A program made the position numbers and the translations under genes. From positions 330,001-362,000 of the forward strand of contig OY760660.1 in the NCBI GenBank assembly GCA_963663995.1: a stretch of DNA of 32,000 nucleotides, given 5' to 3'. The notes below the pieces were generated by a model that saw nothing but the letters and a program-made list of their open reading frames with translations, was not told the DNA's origin and did not search any database. Position 1 is the stretch's first letter; every line of letters starts with the position of its first letter. Source of the DNA: Erysipelotrichaceae bacterium. Its GTDB lineage: Bacteria > Bacillota_I > Bacilli_A > Erysipelotrichales > Erysipelotrichaceae. This document shows, piece after piece, positions 8,141 through 16,348 of this stretch.

Positions 8141-8499
8141 AATTCAATGGATATAGTTTTGATCCAAAAAAAGATAATGAATTAGAAATTAAAAAAGCCA
8201 TTGATGCATATATATTCTCTGTTAAAGATAAGATGTGGTTTGTTTGGAAAGACTATTCTTTAACCCAAGAGGATGTTCGAACTTATTATTTACCTTATGC
8301 ACAATATGCACAAAGTAAAGGTCATGATGTGTATTGCATTATGCCACATGATATGGCCAAACATTTAGTTCGTAATAAAAAACTAATGTTTGTTGATCCA
8401 GCTTTCTTAAATGAATTCAAATTTAAACAAATCGAATTTACTCTTCCTTTTAAACCTAAATATAAGCCTAAATCAGTTATGTCTACTGATGAACTTTAA
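8134..8499 (+). CDS. Hypothetical protein (121 aa), no family recognised
   Basis: ORF overlaps the HAD stop by 7 nt and ends at a terminator. Codon usage is similar to its neighbours. Confidence 0.5.
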   Translation: MLKFNGYSFDPKKDNELEIKKAIDAYIFSVKDKMWFVWKDYSLTQEDVRTYYLPYAQYAQSKGHDVYCIMPHDMAKHLVRNKKLMFVDPAFLNEFKFKQIEFTLPFKPKYKPKSVMSTDEL

Positions 8500-8529
8500 A
8501 AAAGCATCCTTCCATTGAAGGGTGCTTTT
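8500..8529. terminator. Bidirectional terminator between convergent genes
   Basis: AAAAGCATCC...GGGTGCTTTT stem with flanking A and T tracts. Confidence 0.7.
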
Positions 8530-8531
8530 CA

Positions 8532-9806
8532 TTAAACAATTATTGTGACACCAATTGGGCGAATATGAACTGGGATAAAGTTATCTTTACCATAAATTGC
8601 TTCAAGAATGTCTTTTATTTTACTTACTGTTTCATTAGGCACAATCATTAAGATTGTTCCGCCAAAGCCACCACCATGAACTCGCCATGCACCTGTTTCT
8701 CTTAGTTGTTGTTCAGCTAAAGCTAAGGCTAGAGCTAAAGGTTGCCTGTCACTTGTTGGATGCATAATGTTTTGAAGATACATATATGAAGAATAACCAG
8801 ATTCAATAATGCCTTTTTTAAATGTTTCAACATCATTATCAATAATAGCTTGACGTATTTTTTGAACACGTTTAATTTCTTCATAGTAATGATGAGCTCT
8901 CAATATTGCTCGAGTTGGAACTTCTGAATTTAATTTACTGATGTCTTTTCTAAAATCATCTTCATTGATTCTTGAAAGTAAAGATTGATTAAAATGTTTT
9001 GAAACAGCTTTTAAATCTTCAGTAATTTGCGCATAAGCATGTGATAAATCCGCATGAGATCCACCCGTTTGTAATAAACAAATCGTATAGCCATCAAGTA
9101 AATCATTTGATTTAAGAGGGATGACTTCCGGGTTTTCTTTATTATAGAAATCAATAAAACAGAAATTACCTTGAGCGATTGCCATTTGATCCATAAGACC
9201 ACACGGTTTATTAAAATAATTATTCTCTGATCTTTGAGAAATTTGTGCTAACTGTGTACGATTTAACTGTCCGTCAGCGTAAAGTTGATTCAAGATATCA
9301 CTGACTAATACTTCAAAGGATGCCGATGAGGATAAACCAGACCCTGAGAAAACATCGGATGTTACATAAGCATCAAAGCCACCAATTTTTCCAGTAAGTT
9401 CTTTAACATCATAGGCAATGCCTCTAATTAAAGCCATTGAGGTAAAGTATTCATCTTCATGAACACTTAAGTCGTTTAAATCAACTTCTTTAATTTCATA
9501 ACCTTCAGCATGTAATCGAATTTTATTTAAATTATTCTTTTTCACTACCGCAATTGTATCTAAGTGAATGGCCGCAGCAATGACTTGACCAAGTTGATGA
9601 TCAGTATGATTACCACTGACTTCAATTCGTCCAGATGCGCTAAATAGGTGAAGGTCACCATCATCAGAAAAGAGTGTTTTAAAAGATTCTATGGCCTTTA
9701 AATATCTTTCGCTTTGTTTTTGACTAAAATTTTCACCATAGAGTTCTAAACATTTTTTTTGGAAAGCACCGGTATTAAGATAAGCTATTAATTCATTGAA
9801 ATTCAT
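8532..9806 (-). CDS. galK: Galactokinase-family GHMP sugar-1-kinase (atypical sugar signature)
   Basis: 424 aa. GHMP ATP motif GSGLSSSASFEV. N-terminal signature reads GRIEVSGNHTDH instead of GRxNLIGEHxDY. ATGA overlap with galM. Confidence 0.75.
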   Translation of the reverse strand: MNFNELIAYLNTGAFQKKCLELYGENFSQKQSERYLKAIESFKTLFSDDGDLHLFSASGRIEVSGNHTDHQLGQVIAAAIHLDTIAVVKKNNLNKIRLHAEGYEIKEVDLNDLSVHEDEYFTSMALIRGIAYDVKELTGKIGGFDAYVTSDVFSGSGLSSSASFEVLVSDILNQLYADGQLNRTQLAQISQRSENNYFNKPCGLMDQMAIAQGNFCFIDFYNKENPEVIPLKSNDLLDGYTICLLQTGGSHADLSHAYAQITEDLKAVSKHFNQSLLSRINEDDFRKDISKLNSEVPTRAILRAHHYYEEIKRVQKIRQAIIDNDVETFKKGIIESGYSSYMYLQNIMHPTSDRQPLALALALAEQQLRETGAWRVHGGGFGGTILMIVPNETVSKIKDILEAIYGKDNFIPVHIRPIGVTIIV

Positions 9807-10789
9807 GAGTTTCTCCTTGTAAATTCATAACAGGTTAAGGAAGAGTAAGTCTCATTTGCTTTAAGAGTTGGGGCATGTTCAAAATCGAAGTTAATGCTAT
9901 TAGGAATATGGTGTGTTTCAAAACATATTCCGCCATTTTCCTTTAAGAAAGGGGCACTTAGCTCATGTGTGGATTCTAAATAGTTTCCACTATAAATATG
10001 TGCACCGATATGACTTGTCTTTACTCTTAGACATAAATCATCCACTTGACAGTCAGCGAAAAAGTCATCAATTTCATCATTTTTTCGATAGAAGTGATCG
10101 ATACCTTTTGCTCGTTTAAGCTGTAAGTGATCCTTAGAAAGAATATCTTTAACCAATGTGAAGCTTAATGGGTTAAAGAGTTCAAAGCAAGGATGTATAT
10201 GATTTTCCGTACAGCCACTCTCATCTAATGCATAAAAGCCTACAGCATTAAGTTTTAGTGCATGATTTTGAATGCTTACAGATTTGTCTTCATTTAAATT
10301 AAAATAAATATGCATGGTTGGATCAAATAAAGTGTCTTCACTTGATTTTGCCTGCATTTCAATTTTTAGACTTTCATTTACACAAGTAAATTTAAGAGTG
10401 AAATCAATATCACCAGGATATAAATTTTCATGATGTTTATCGTGAAGTCGTGCTATCAAAGTAGATTCATCAAGTTTCTCACAATCAAAAATCATTTGGT
10501 TAAAACCAGTTTTACCACCATGAAGATGATTTATTCCATTATTGATATCAAGTTGATAGGTTTGTTTGTTTAAACTAAAGCGACCTTCTTTAATGCGATT
10601 GGCAACTCGTCCTACACAAGCTCCTAAATAAAATGTTTGTGCCTTTAATTCATTTTCTTGTAATAGACCACAAACACATTCACGCGTTAATGGTTTATAG
10701 ATGAGCGAAACAAGATGAGCACCATAAGATGAAATACTCGCTTTTATAAATTCATTTTCAATTGTATAGATTTGATTACTCTGTGACAT
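9803..10789 (-). CDS. galM: Aldose 1-epimerase (mutarotase)
   Basis: 328 aa. NHLHGGKTGFN and the overall GalM-like pattern. No SD, and the -10 is 6 nt from the ATG. Confidence 0.85.
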   Translation of the reverse strand: MSQSNQIYTIENEFIKASISSYGAHLVSLIYKPLTRECVCGLLQENELKAQTFYLGACVGRVANRIKEGRFSLNKQTYQLDINNGINHLHGGKTGFNQMIFDCEKLDESTLIARLHDKHHENLYPGDIDFTLKFTCVNESLKIEMQAKSSEDTLFDPTMHIYFNLNEDKSVSIQNHALKLNAVGFYALDESGCTENHIHPCFELFNPLSFTLVKDILSKDHLQLKRAKGIDHFYRKNDEIDDFFADCQVDDLCLRVKTSHIGAHIYSGNYLESTHELSAPFLKENGGICFETHHIPNSINFDFEHAPTLKANETYSSLTCYEFTRRNS

Positions 10790-10795
10790 AGTGAA

Positions 10796-10825
10796 AGTAT
10801 AGCATTAGAGTTTTTAATCTTACAA
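10796..10825 (-). promoter_or_regulatory. Promoter of the galM-galK operon, leaderless geometry
   Basis: Minus strand: TTGTAA (10825-10820), 18-nt spacer containing TG, TATACT (10801-10796), then 6 nt to ATG 10789. Confidence 0.5.
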
Positions 10826-10827
10826 TA

Positions 10828-10842
10828 TTGAAAGCGCTTATT
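10828..10842. promoter_or_regulatory. cre (CcpA) site between the divergent gal and sensor operons
   Basis: TTGAAAGCGCTTATT matches 14 of 15 positions of WTGNAANCGNWNNCW. Confidence 0.5.
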
Positions 10843-10870
10843 TTATAAGTATTTATGTATAATAGGTTTA

Positions 10871-12454
10871 ATGGAAAAACAAATATATCGATTACTTATC
10901 GTTGATGATGAGAATGAAATTGCTAATCGAATTGTATCTAAAATCACTGAGGAAAGTGGTTTTAGAGTAGTAGGTATCGCTAACAATGGTTCTGATGCGA
11001 TTGATCTTTTAGAAAAAGTAGAAGCAGATGCTCTACTAACAGATATTCATATGCCCTATGTAGATGGCATTGAACTGTCAAGATTTGTACGTAATGAATA
11101 TCCAAAAATGAAAATAGCTTTTATATCTGGATATGATGAATTTGAATATGCTAAAGAAGCCATTAAATTAGATGTTTTACATTACTTACTTAAACCCATT
11201 GATGATCAAGAATTTAAAAGTTTTTTAGAAAAGCTAAAACATCGATTAGATGATGAATATCAAGCTTTATTCAACCAAGAACAACTAGATCAAATGTTTT
11301 TAGATAATCAACAAGTGATGATTGAGAATCACTTTAATTCACTATTACATATGTATCGGATTCAAGAGTTTGATTTACAGAAATTCCACATTTTTTCAAT
11401 GGATTTAAGTGTGGGTCATTTTATGACTGGTATCATACGGATTGATTCAATCGCAGATTTTTACGAAACAGAGTATTTGAGAATTTTTTTAGTTAATTTA
11501 ATTAAAAAGAAGTTTAGTGAAGATTATAAGGTATATACCTTTAATTCCATCCTCGGGATAGTTTTTATTTTGCATAGTTTTGAAGAGAATTTTAAAGATA
11601 TTGAAATGAAGTTGAATGAGATTATCCAAACGAAGAATGATTATTCTGATATTCATATACAAGTGGCTGTTTCTAATGTTTTTGATGATTTTACAATCTT
11701 TCCTCAATCAGTCTTAGAAGCTAAAGAAGCACTAAGTTTTAGTCCTTATATGAATGTAGGTACACTCATTTTTTATAAAGATATTTTAAGCAAGGAAACT
11801 AAACGTTTGAGCTTATCTCATCAAGAGATTGAAAATCTTCAATCAGTGATTAAGTATGGGAGTGAAGATGAAATTCATAAACTCTTTTTAGATTTAAGTG
11901 AAGATTCAAAATTTGACAAAGAGATGATTTATCTTTCTTCAAACCACTTAATATCTTTAGCGCACATTGTTTTAGATTATTCAAATAGTTTAAATGTAAA
12001 TTTTGATGAAGTTTTAAAAGACTCTTTAATGGATAAACTGAAAGAATTTAAGAGCTTAAGTGAAATATATAAATATCTAGAAAAATTGATTTTTAAAATT
12101 AGAGAGTTATATCAAGATGAAAGTCAAAGTAATTCTAATGATATCTTCAAACTTGCTTATTCTTTTTTAGAAAACAATTATAATGATCCAAGTTTAGGAA
12201 TGGAATTAGCAAGCGAAAAATTAGGTATATCAATCTCGTATTTATCGATTTTATTTAAGAAGAATTGCGAGAGTAGTTTTAATAAAGAACTAATTAAAAT
12301 TCGTATGGAAAAAGCAAAAGAATTACTTCGCTATAGTCAAAAGAAAATTTATGAAATAGCTGAAGAAGTCGGTTACAGTGATGTTTATTACTTCAGTTAT
12401 AGCTTTAAAAAATATACACATAAATCACCTAAGGAGTTTAGAAGTGAAACGTAA
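10871..12454 (+). CDS. Response regulator, REC plus AraC-type HTH (YesN-like)
   Basis: 527 aa. LLIVDDE...LLTDIHMP receiver domain. C-terminal AraC HTH (YSDVYYFSYSFKKYTHKSPKEFR). TATAAT 10858-10863 lies 7 nt upstream of the ATG. Confidence 0.9.
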   Translation: MEKQIYRLLIVDDENEIANRIVSKITEESGFRVVGIANNGSDAIDLLEKVEADALLTDIHMPYVDGIELSRFVRNEYPKMKIAFISGYDEFEYAKEAIKLDVLHYLLKPIDDQEFKSFLEKLKHRLDDEYQALFNQEQLDQMFLDNQQVMIENHFNSLLHMYRIQEFDLQKFHIFSMDLSVGHFMTGIIRIDSIADFYETEYLRIFLVNLIKKKFSEDYKVYTFNSILGIVFILHSFEENFKDIEMKLNEIIQTKNDYSDIHIQVAVSNVFDDFTIFPQSVLEAKEALSFSPYMNVGTLIFYKDILSKETKRLSLSHQEIENLQSVIKYGSEDEIHKLFLDLSEDSKFDKEMIYLSSNHLISLAHIVLDYSNSLNVNFDEVLKDSLMDKLKEFKSLSEIYKYLEKLIFKIRELYQDESQSNSNDIFKLAYSFLENNYNDPSLGMELASEKLGISISYLSILFKKNCESSFNKELIKIRMEKAKELLRYSQKKIYEIAEEVGYSDVYYFSYSFKKYTHKSPKEFRSET

Positions 12455-14174
12455 ACTCGATCAATTAACCATTGGTCAAACAATTTTTATCGTCTCAACT
12501 TTAGTGGTTGCGATTCTTGTTTTAGTAACTGTTTTAGTCATGCAGTTTAATTTTTTCAGACGCTTAGATGTCTTAATTGAAGATACTTCTAAAGAAATTA
12601 ATAAACAAGTCGTGATGAATTATGAGTCGTACTTATCAAACGTCATCGATACATCAAATTCACTTCAAGAATATATCATTCAATACTCCAATAATAATGA
12701 GTTAAATCGCTTAGAAGACTTATTTGAATCTACCATCAAAGCTCAGTCGAGTATTTTAAATATTGCCTTATTTAATACGAGTGGATCTAAACTAGTTTCC
12801 AGTTATAGCGACATCAGTAATCCCGATATCAATCAATTGGAATGGTTTGTAGAAGCACTCTTTTATTCAGATATTCATCATTTTTCTACACCTCATATTG
12901 AAGATGTTTACATTGGTGGAGATAAAGAGGTTATTACGATTTCAAAACGTGTTGATTACATGATTAATGGAAAAACTTTAAAAGCTGTTTTAATGATGGA
13001 TATTAGTGCGAGTGGTTTAAGTACAATAGCGCAAAGAACAAATTTAGGAAATTTAGGGTCAATTCTGATAACGGATATAAATGATCAACTTGTATTTGAT
13101 TCAAGCTCTAATTGCATTGAAGGCTATTGTGATCGAATAGATTATGTTCAATCAATTTTATTAGGTGGTGAATTACTAGAAGTTGATGATTTATCTATGT
13201 ATGTCAATGTCAATACACTACAAGATACACGTTGGAAAATCACAAGTTTTATCAATGTTGATGAAAGTGTAAAAACAAAACAAAGAATTGTTATAACGAT
13301 GTTATTCTCATTTGTTGTTGCTATTTCATTAATTGCACTTTTCTCATCTTGGATGGCACGTCGTATTACCGCACCTATGAATGTTTTAAAGAAACACATT
13401 AATAAACTTGAAGAAGGTGATTTCGAGGCACAAGTCGAAGTAACTGGCCAAAAAGAGGTTGTTCACTTAGCGGATGCCTTTAATATCATGAGCAATCGAA
13501 TCCATGAACTCATGACTCGTATTATTGATGAACAAAATGAGAAACGTAAAACTCACTACATTGCTTTACAAAATCAAATTAATCCACATTTCTTATACAA
13601 TACTTTAGATTCAATTGTTTCCTTAAGTGAAAAAGGTCGCAATAAAGATGTTGAGAAAGCAATTATTGCGCTCTCTCGTTTTTTTAGAATGTCTGTCAGT
13701 TCTGATATGAGTTTAATTTCATTAAAAGATGAGATTGAACATGTGAAACATTATCTGATCATTCAACAAATTCGTTACTATAAAGACTTTGAATATGAAA
13801 TTGATATTCCTGAAGACTTAGAAAAATATAAAGTTATTAAACTATCGCTTCAACCTTTAGTTGAAAATGCGATTATTCATGGTTTAAATATCGATGAATC
13901 GTTTAATCATATTAAACTGTCTGCCTATCAAAATGAGGATTCACTTTACTTAGAAGTCTATAACCAAGGATATGGTATGACTGAAAGTAAAATGAAGGAA
14001 ATTTATGACATGATTCGAAGTGAAAAAGCTTCTGGTTCTATGGGCTTAAAAAATGTTTATCAACGTCTAAAACTTTATTTTGGTGATCAAGCTGATTTGA
14101 TTTTTGAAAGTGAACTGGATGTATATACAAAAGTTATTTTAAAATTACCATTAACTTTAGGAGATATTACATGA
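12444..14174 (+). CDS. Sensor histidine kinase, YesM/LytS type (His_kinase plus HATPase_c) with a large extracytoplasmic domain
   Basis: GTG 12444 preceded by an AAGGAG RBS (the track start 12378 lies inside the RR gene). TM, about 270 aa, TM, HAMP, then NPHFLYNTL H-box and the ATPase. Confidence 0.9.
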   Translation: MKRKLDQLTIGQTIFIVSTLVVAILVLVTVLVMQFNFFRRLDVLIEDTSKEINKQVVMNYESYLSNVIDTSNSLQEYIIQYSNNNELNRLEDLFESTIKAQSSILNIALFNTSGSKLVSSYSDISNPDINQLEWFVEALFYSDIHHFSTPHIEDVYIGGDKEVITISKRVDYMINGKTLKAVLMMDISASGLSTIAQRTNLGNLGSILITDINDQLVFDSSSNCIEGYCDRIDYVQSILLGGELLEVDDLSMYVNVNTLQDTRWKITSFINVDESVKTKQRIVITMLFSFVVAISLIALFSSWMARRITAPMNVLKKHINKLEEGDFEAQVEVTGQKEVVHLADAFNIMSNRIHELMTRIIDEQNEKRKTHYIALQNQINPHFLYNTLDSIVSLSEKGRNKDVEKAIIALSRFFRMSVSSDMSLISLKDEIEHVKHYLIIQQIRYYKDFEYEIDIPEDLEKYKVIKLSLQPLVENAIIHGLNIDESFNHIKLSAYQNEDSLYLEVYNQGYGMTESKMKEIYDMIRSEKASGSMGLKNVYQRLKLYFGDQADLIFESELDVYTKVILKLPLTLGDIT

Positions 14175-15175
14175 AGAAAATCATTCTATTAAGTTTAAGT
14201 ATCCTCTTAAGTTCCTGTTCAACGGTTTACACCCATTTACCCATGTTTATTTATGATATGAATGATCCATACATGGCCAATTTTGCCAATCAAATTGAAG
14301 ATGAAAGTAGGGAAGTATATATCATTGATAGATTTGATGCGACCAATTCACAAATTATCCAGAATGAACAAATCGAATCTTCAATGAGTGATCATGATGT
14401 TTTATTAATCAATCCCGTTGATCGTTTAAGTGTTTTTTCAGTGATACAAAAAGCACAACTTGAAGATACTAAATTGATTTTCTTTAACCGTGAACCTTTA
14501 AGCATTGATTTAAATCGTTATAAAAATGCTTATTATGTTGGAGCAGATGCAAAACAATCAGCTGCTTTACAGGCTGAGCTTATTATGGATTTGTTTGGAG
14601 AGTCAAAAAACTTAAATGAACATGATCTCAATAACGATAATATGATTCAAGCAGTTATCTTAAAAGGGGAACAAGGCCATCAAGATGCAGAAGCACGTAC
14701 TGAATTTGTTGTACGCACATTAGTTGATGCAGGCTATCAAATTGAAATTTTGGATACTGAAATCGCTAACTGGGATCAAGATAAGGCTAAAACAACGACA
14801 AATAATTTAATGAACAGTTTAGAAGGTATTGAACTTATCATTTCGAATAATGATGCGATGGCTTTAGGTGCAATTGAAGCTTTAATCGATTTAAAAATAA
14901 TTGAAGATCAAAATAATGATGGTGTCATAGATCGAAGTAGTGAACCATGGTTACCAGTTGTAGGGATTGATGGTTTAGACTTAGCAATTGAGTCAATAAC
15001 GAATGGTTATTTGTATGGAACGATTGTTAATGACTCACAAACTATGGCAGAAGTTATTGTTGAATTATCACAAATCCTTTTAGAAAATGGGGATTTAAAC
15101 ACATTAAGCATTCCAATTGTCGACAATAAATACATCTGGATTGATTATCAAAAACTAACACTCACAAATCAATAG
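14171..15175 (+). CDS. Sensor-type sugar-binding lipoprotein (GGBP/MglB paralog, PBP type I)
   Basis: Lipobox LLSSC. The ATG overlaps the HK stop (ATGA). Shares FFNREP, GHQDAEAR and NNDAMALGAIEAL with E. coli GGBP and the downstream MglB. Confidence 0.85.
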   Translation: MKKIILLSLSILLSSCSTVYTHLPMFIYDMNDPYMANFANQIEDESREVYIIDRFDATNSQIIQNEQIESSMSDHDVLLINPVDRLSVFSVIQKAQLEDTKLIFFNREPLSIDLNRYKNAYYVGADAKQSAALQAELIMDLFGESKNLNEHDLNNDNMIQAVILKGEQGHQDAEARTEFVVRTLVDAGYQIEILDTEIANWDQDKAKTTTNNLMNSLEGIELIISNNDAMALGAIEALIDLKIIEDQNNDGVIDRSSEPWLPVVGIDGLDLAIESITNGYLYGTIVNDSQTMAEVIVELSQILLENGDLNTLSIPIVDNKYIWIDYQKLTLTNQ

Positions 15176-15214
15176 TGTTGAAATTTATAAATTTTGTAGC
15201 GGATATTCCATGTA

Positions 15215-15229
15215 TTGAAATCGCTTACT
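15215..15229. promoter_or_regulatory. cre (CcpA) site at the mglB promoter
   Basis: TTGAAATCGCTTACT matches all 15 positions of WTGNAANCGNWNNCW and ends 4 nt upstream of TATAAT. Confidence 0.6.
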
Positions 15230-15233
15230 TTTC

Positions 15234-15239
15234 TATAAT
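15234..15239 (+). promoter_or_regulatory. -10 box of the mglBAC promoter (poor -35, probably activator dependent)
   Basis: TATAAT. The hexamer at the 17-nt -35 position is TGTATT. Confidence 0.5.
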
Positions 15240-15271
15240 GACTTCGTAACATACAGGTTACAGGAGGACTT

Positions 15272-16267
15272 ATGAAAAGAATTTTGTCTTTACTAGCAGT
15301 TGTACTCCTTTCCCTTTCTGCACTTACAGCATGTTCATCTGATGAACCAGCAGAATCTGGAAGCAGTACGGTTAAAGTTGGGATCGCAATTTACAAATTT
15401 GACGATACCTTCATGACCAATTACCGTAACGAAATGGAAGCTTATTTCGCTACAATGAATACTGATACAGTTACTTATGAAGTAACAATCACAGATGGTA
15501 AGAATGACCAAGCTACACAAACTGAACAAATCGACAGTTTTATCGCTCAAGGTTATAACTTACTTATTGTCAACCTAGTTGACTTAACAGCAGCATCTAC
15601 CATAATCGAAAAAGTTCAAGCTGCTGATATTCCTACCGTTTTCATCAATCGTCAACCAAGTGCTGAAGATATGCAAATGTGGGATAAAATCACTTATGTC
15701 GGTGCTAAAGCTGAAGATTCAGGTACCTTCCAAGGTGAAATCGCTGTTGATCTATGGACTGCTGATGCAGCATTAGATAAAAACGGCGACGGCGTTATGC
15801 AATATGTTATGTTGATGGGTCAAGAAATCCACCAAGATGCAGCATTACGTACAGAATACTCAATTAAAAAAGTTGTTGAATCAGGAATCGAAGTTGAAGT
15901 TTTATTCCAAGAACGTGGTAATTGGGACCGTGTATTAGGCCAAGAAAAAATGGCTGCTGCGATTGCTCAATTCGGCGATGAAATTGAAATGGTCTTCGGA
16001 AATAATGATGACATGGCATTAGGTGCTATTGAAGCTCTTAAAGCAGCTGGTATGGTTGTTCCTGTAATCGGTGTTGATGCGACTGCTCCTGCATTAGATG
16101 CAATTGCTGCGGGTGACTTAGCTGGTACTGTTCTAAATGACAGTGTTGGTCAAGCTCATACTTCAGTTGACAAAGCTTTAGCATTACTAGCTGGCGACAT
16201 GTTAGAAAAAGAATACTGGGTTCCTTACGTAAAAGTAACACCTGAAAACTATACTGAATTCCAATAA
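15272..16267 (+). CDS. mglB: Glucose/galactose ABC transporter substrate-binding lipoprotein
   Basis: 331 aa. Lipobox LTAC. Aligns by eye along its length with E. coli GGBP (IYKFDDTF, FINRQP, DKNGDGVMQ Ca loop, IHQDAALR, NNDDMALGAIEAL, TVLND). RBS AGGAGG. Confidence 0.9.
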   Translation: MKRILSLLAVVLLSLSALTACSSDEPAESGSSTVKVGIAIYKFDDTFMTNYRNEMEAYFATMNTDTVTYEVTITDGKNDQATQTEQIDSFIAQGYNLLIVNLVDLTAASTIIEKVQAADIPTVFINRQPSAEDMQMWDKITYVGAKAEDSGTFQGEIAVDLWTADAALDKNGDGVMQYVMLMGQEIHQDAALRTEYSIKKVVESGIEVEVLFQERGNWDRVLGQEKMAAAIAQFGDEIEMVFGNNDDMALGAIEALKAAGMVVPVIGVDATAPALDAIAAGDLAGTVLNDSVGQAHTSVDKALALLAGDMLEKEYWVPYVKVTPENYTEFQ

Positions 16268-16290
16268 TAGGGAATTAAGTTAAACAGATT

Positions 16291-16322
16291 TAGGAAATCA
16301 AGTGTAACAACTTGATTTCCTA
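16291..16322 (+). other. Intercistronic stem-loop (partial terminator or mRNA stabiliser) between mglB and mglA
   Basis: 13-bp perfect stem TAGGAAATCAAGT/ACTTGATTTCCTA with a 6-nt loop, followed by a T-rich but interrupted tract. Confidence 0.7.
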
Positions 16323-16348
16323 TTGATTATTCTTAGAAAGAGGTATCT

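Noticed and set aside
12378-12443. The track start for the histidine kinase (MMFITSV...)
   Set aside because: It lies inside the RR coding sequence and has no RBS. GTG 12444 is preceded by AAGGAG at the proper distance and begins directly with the basic residues and first TM helix.
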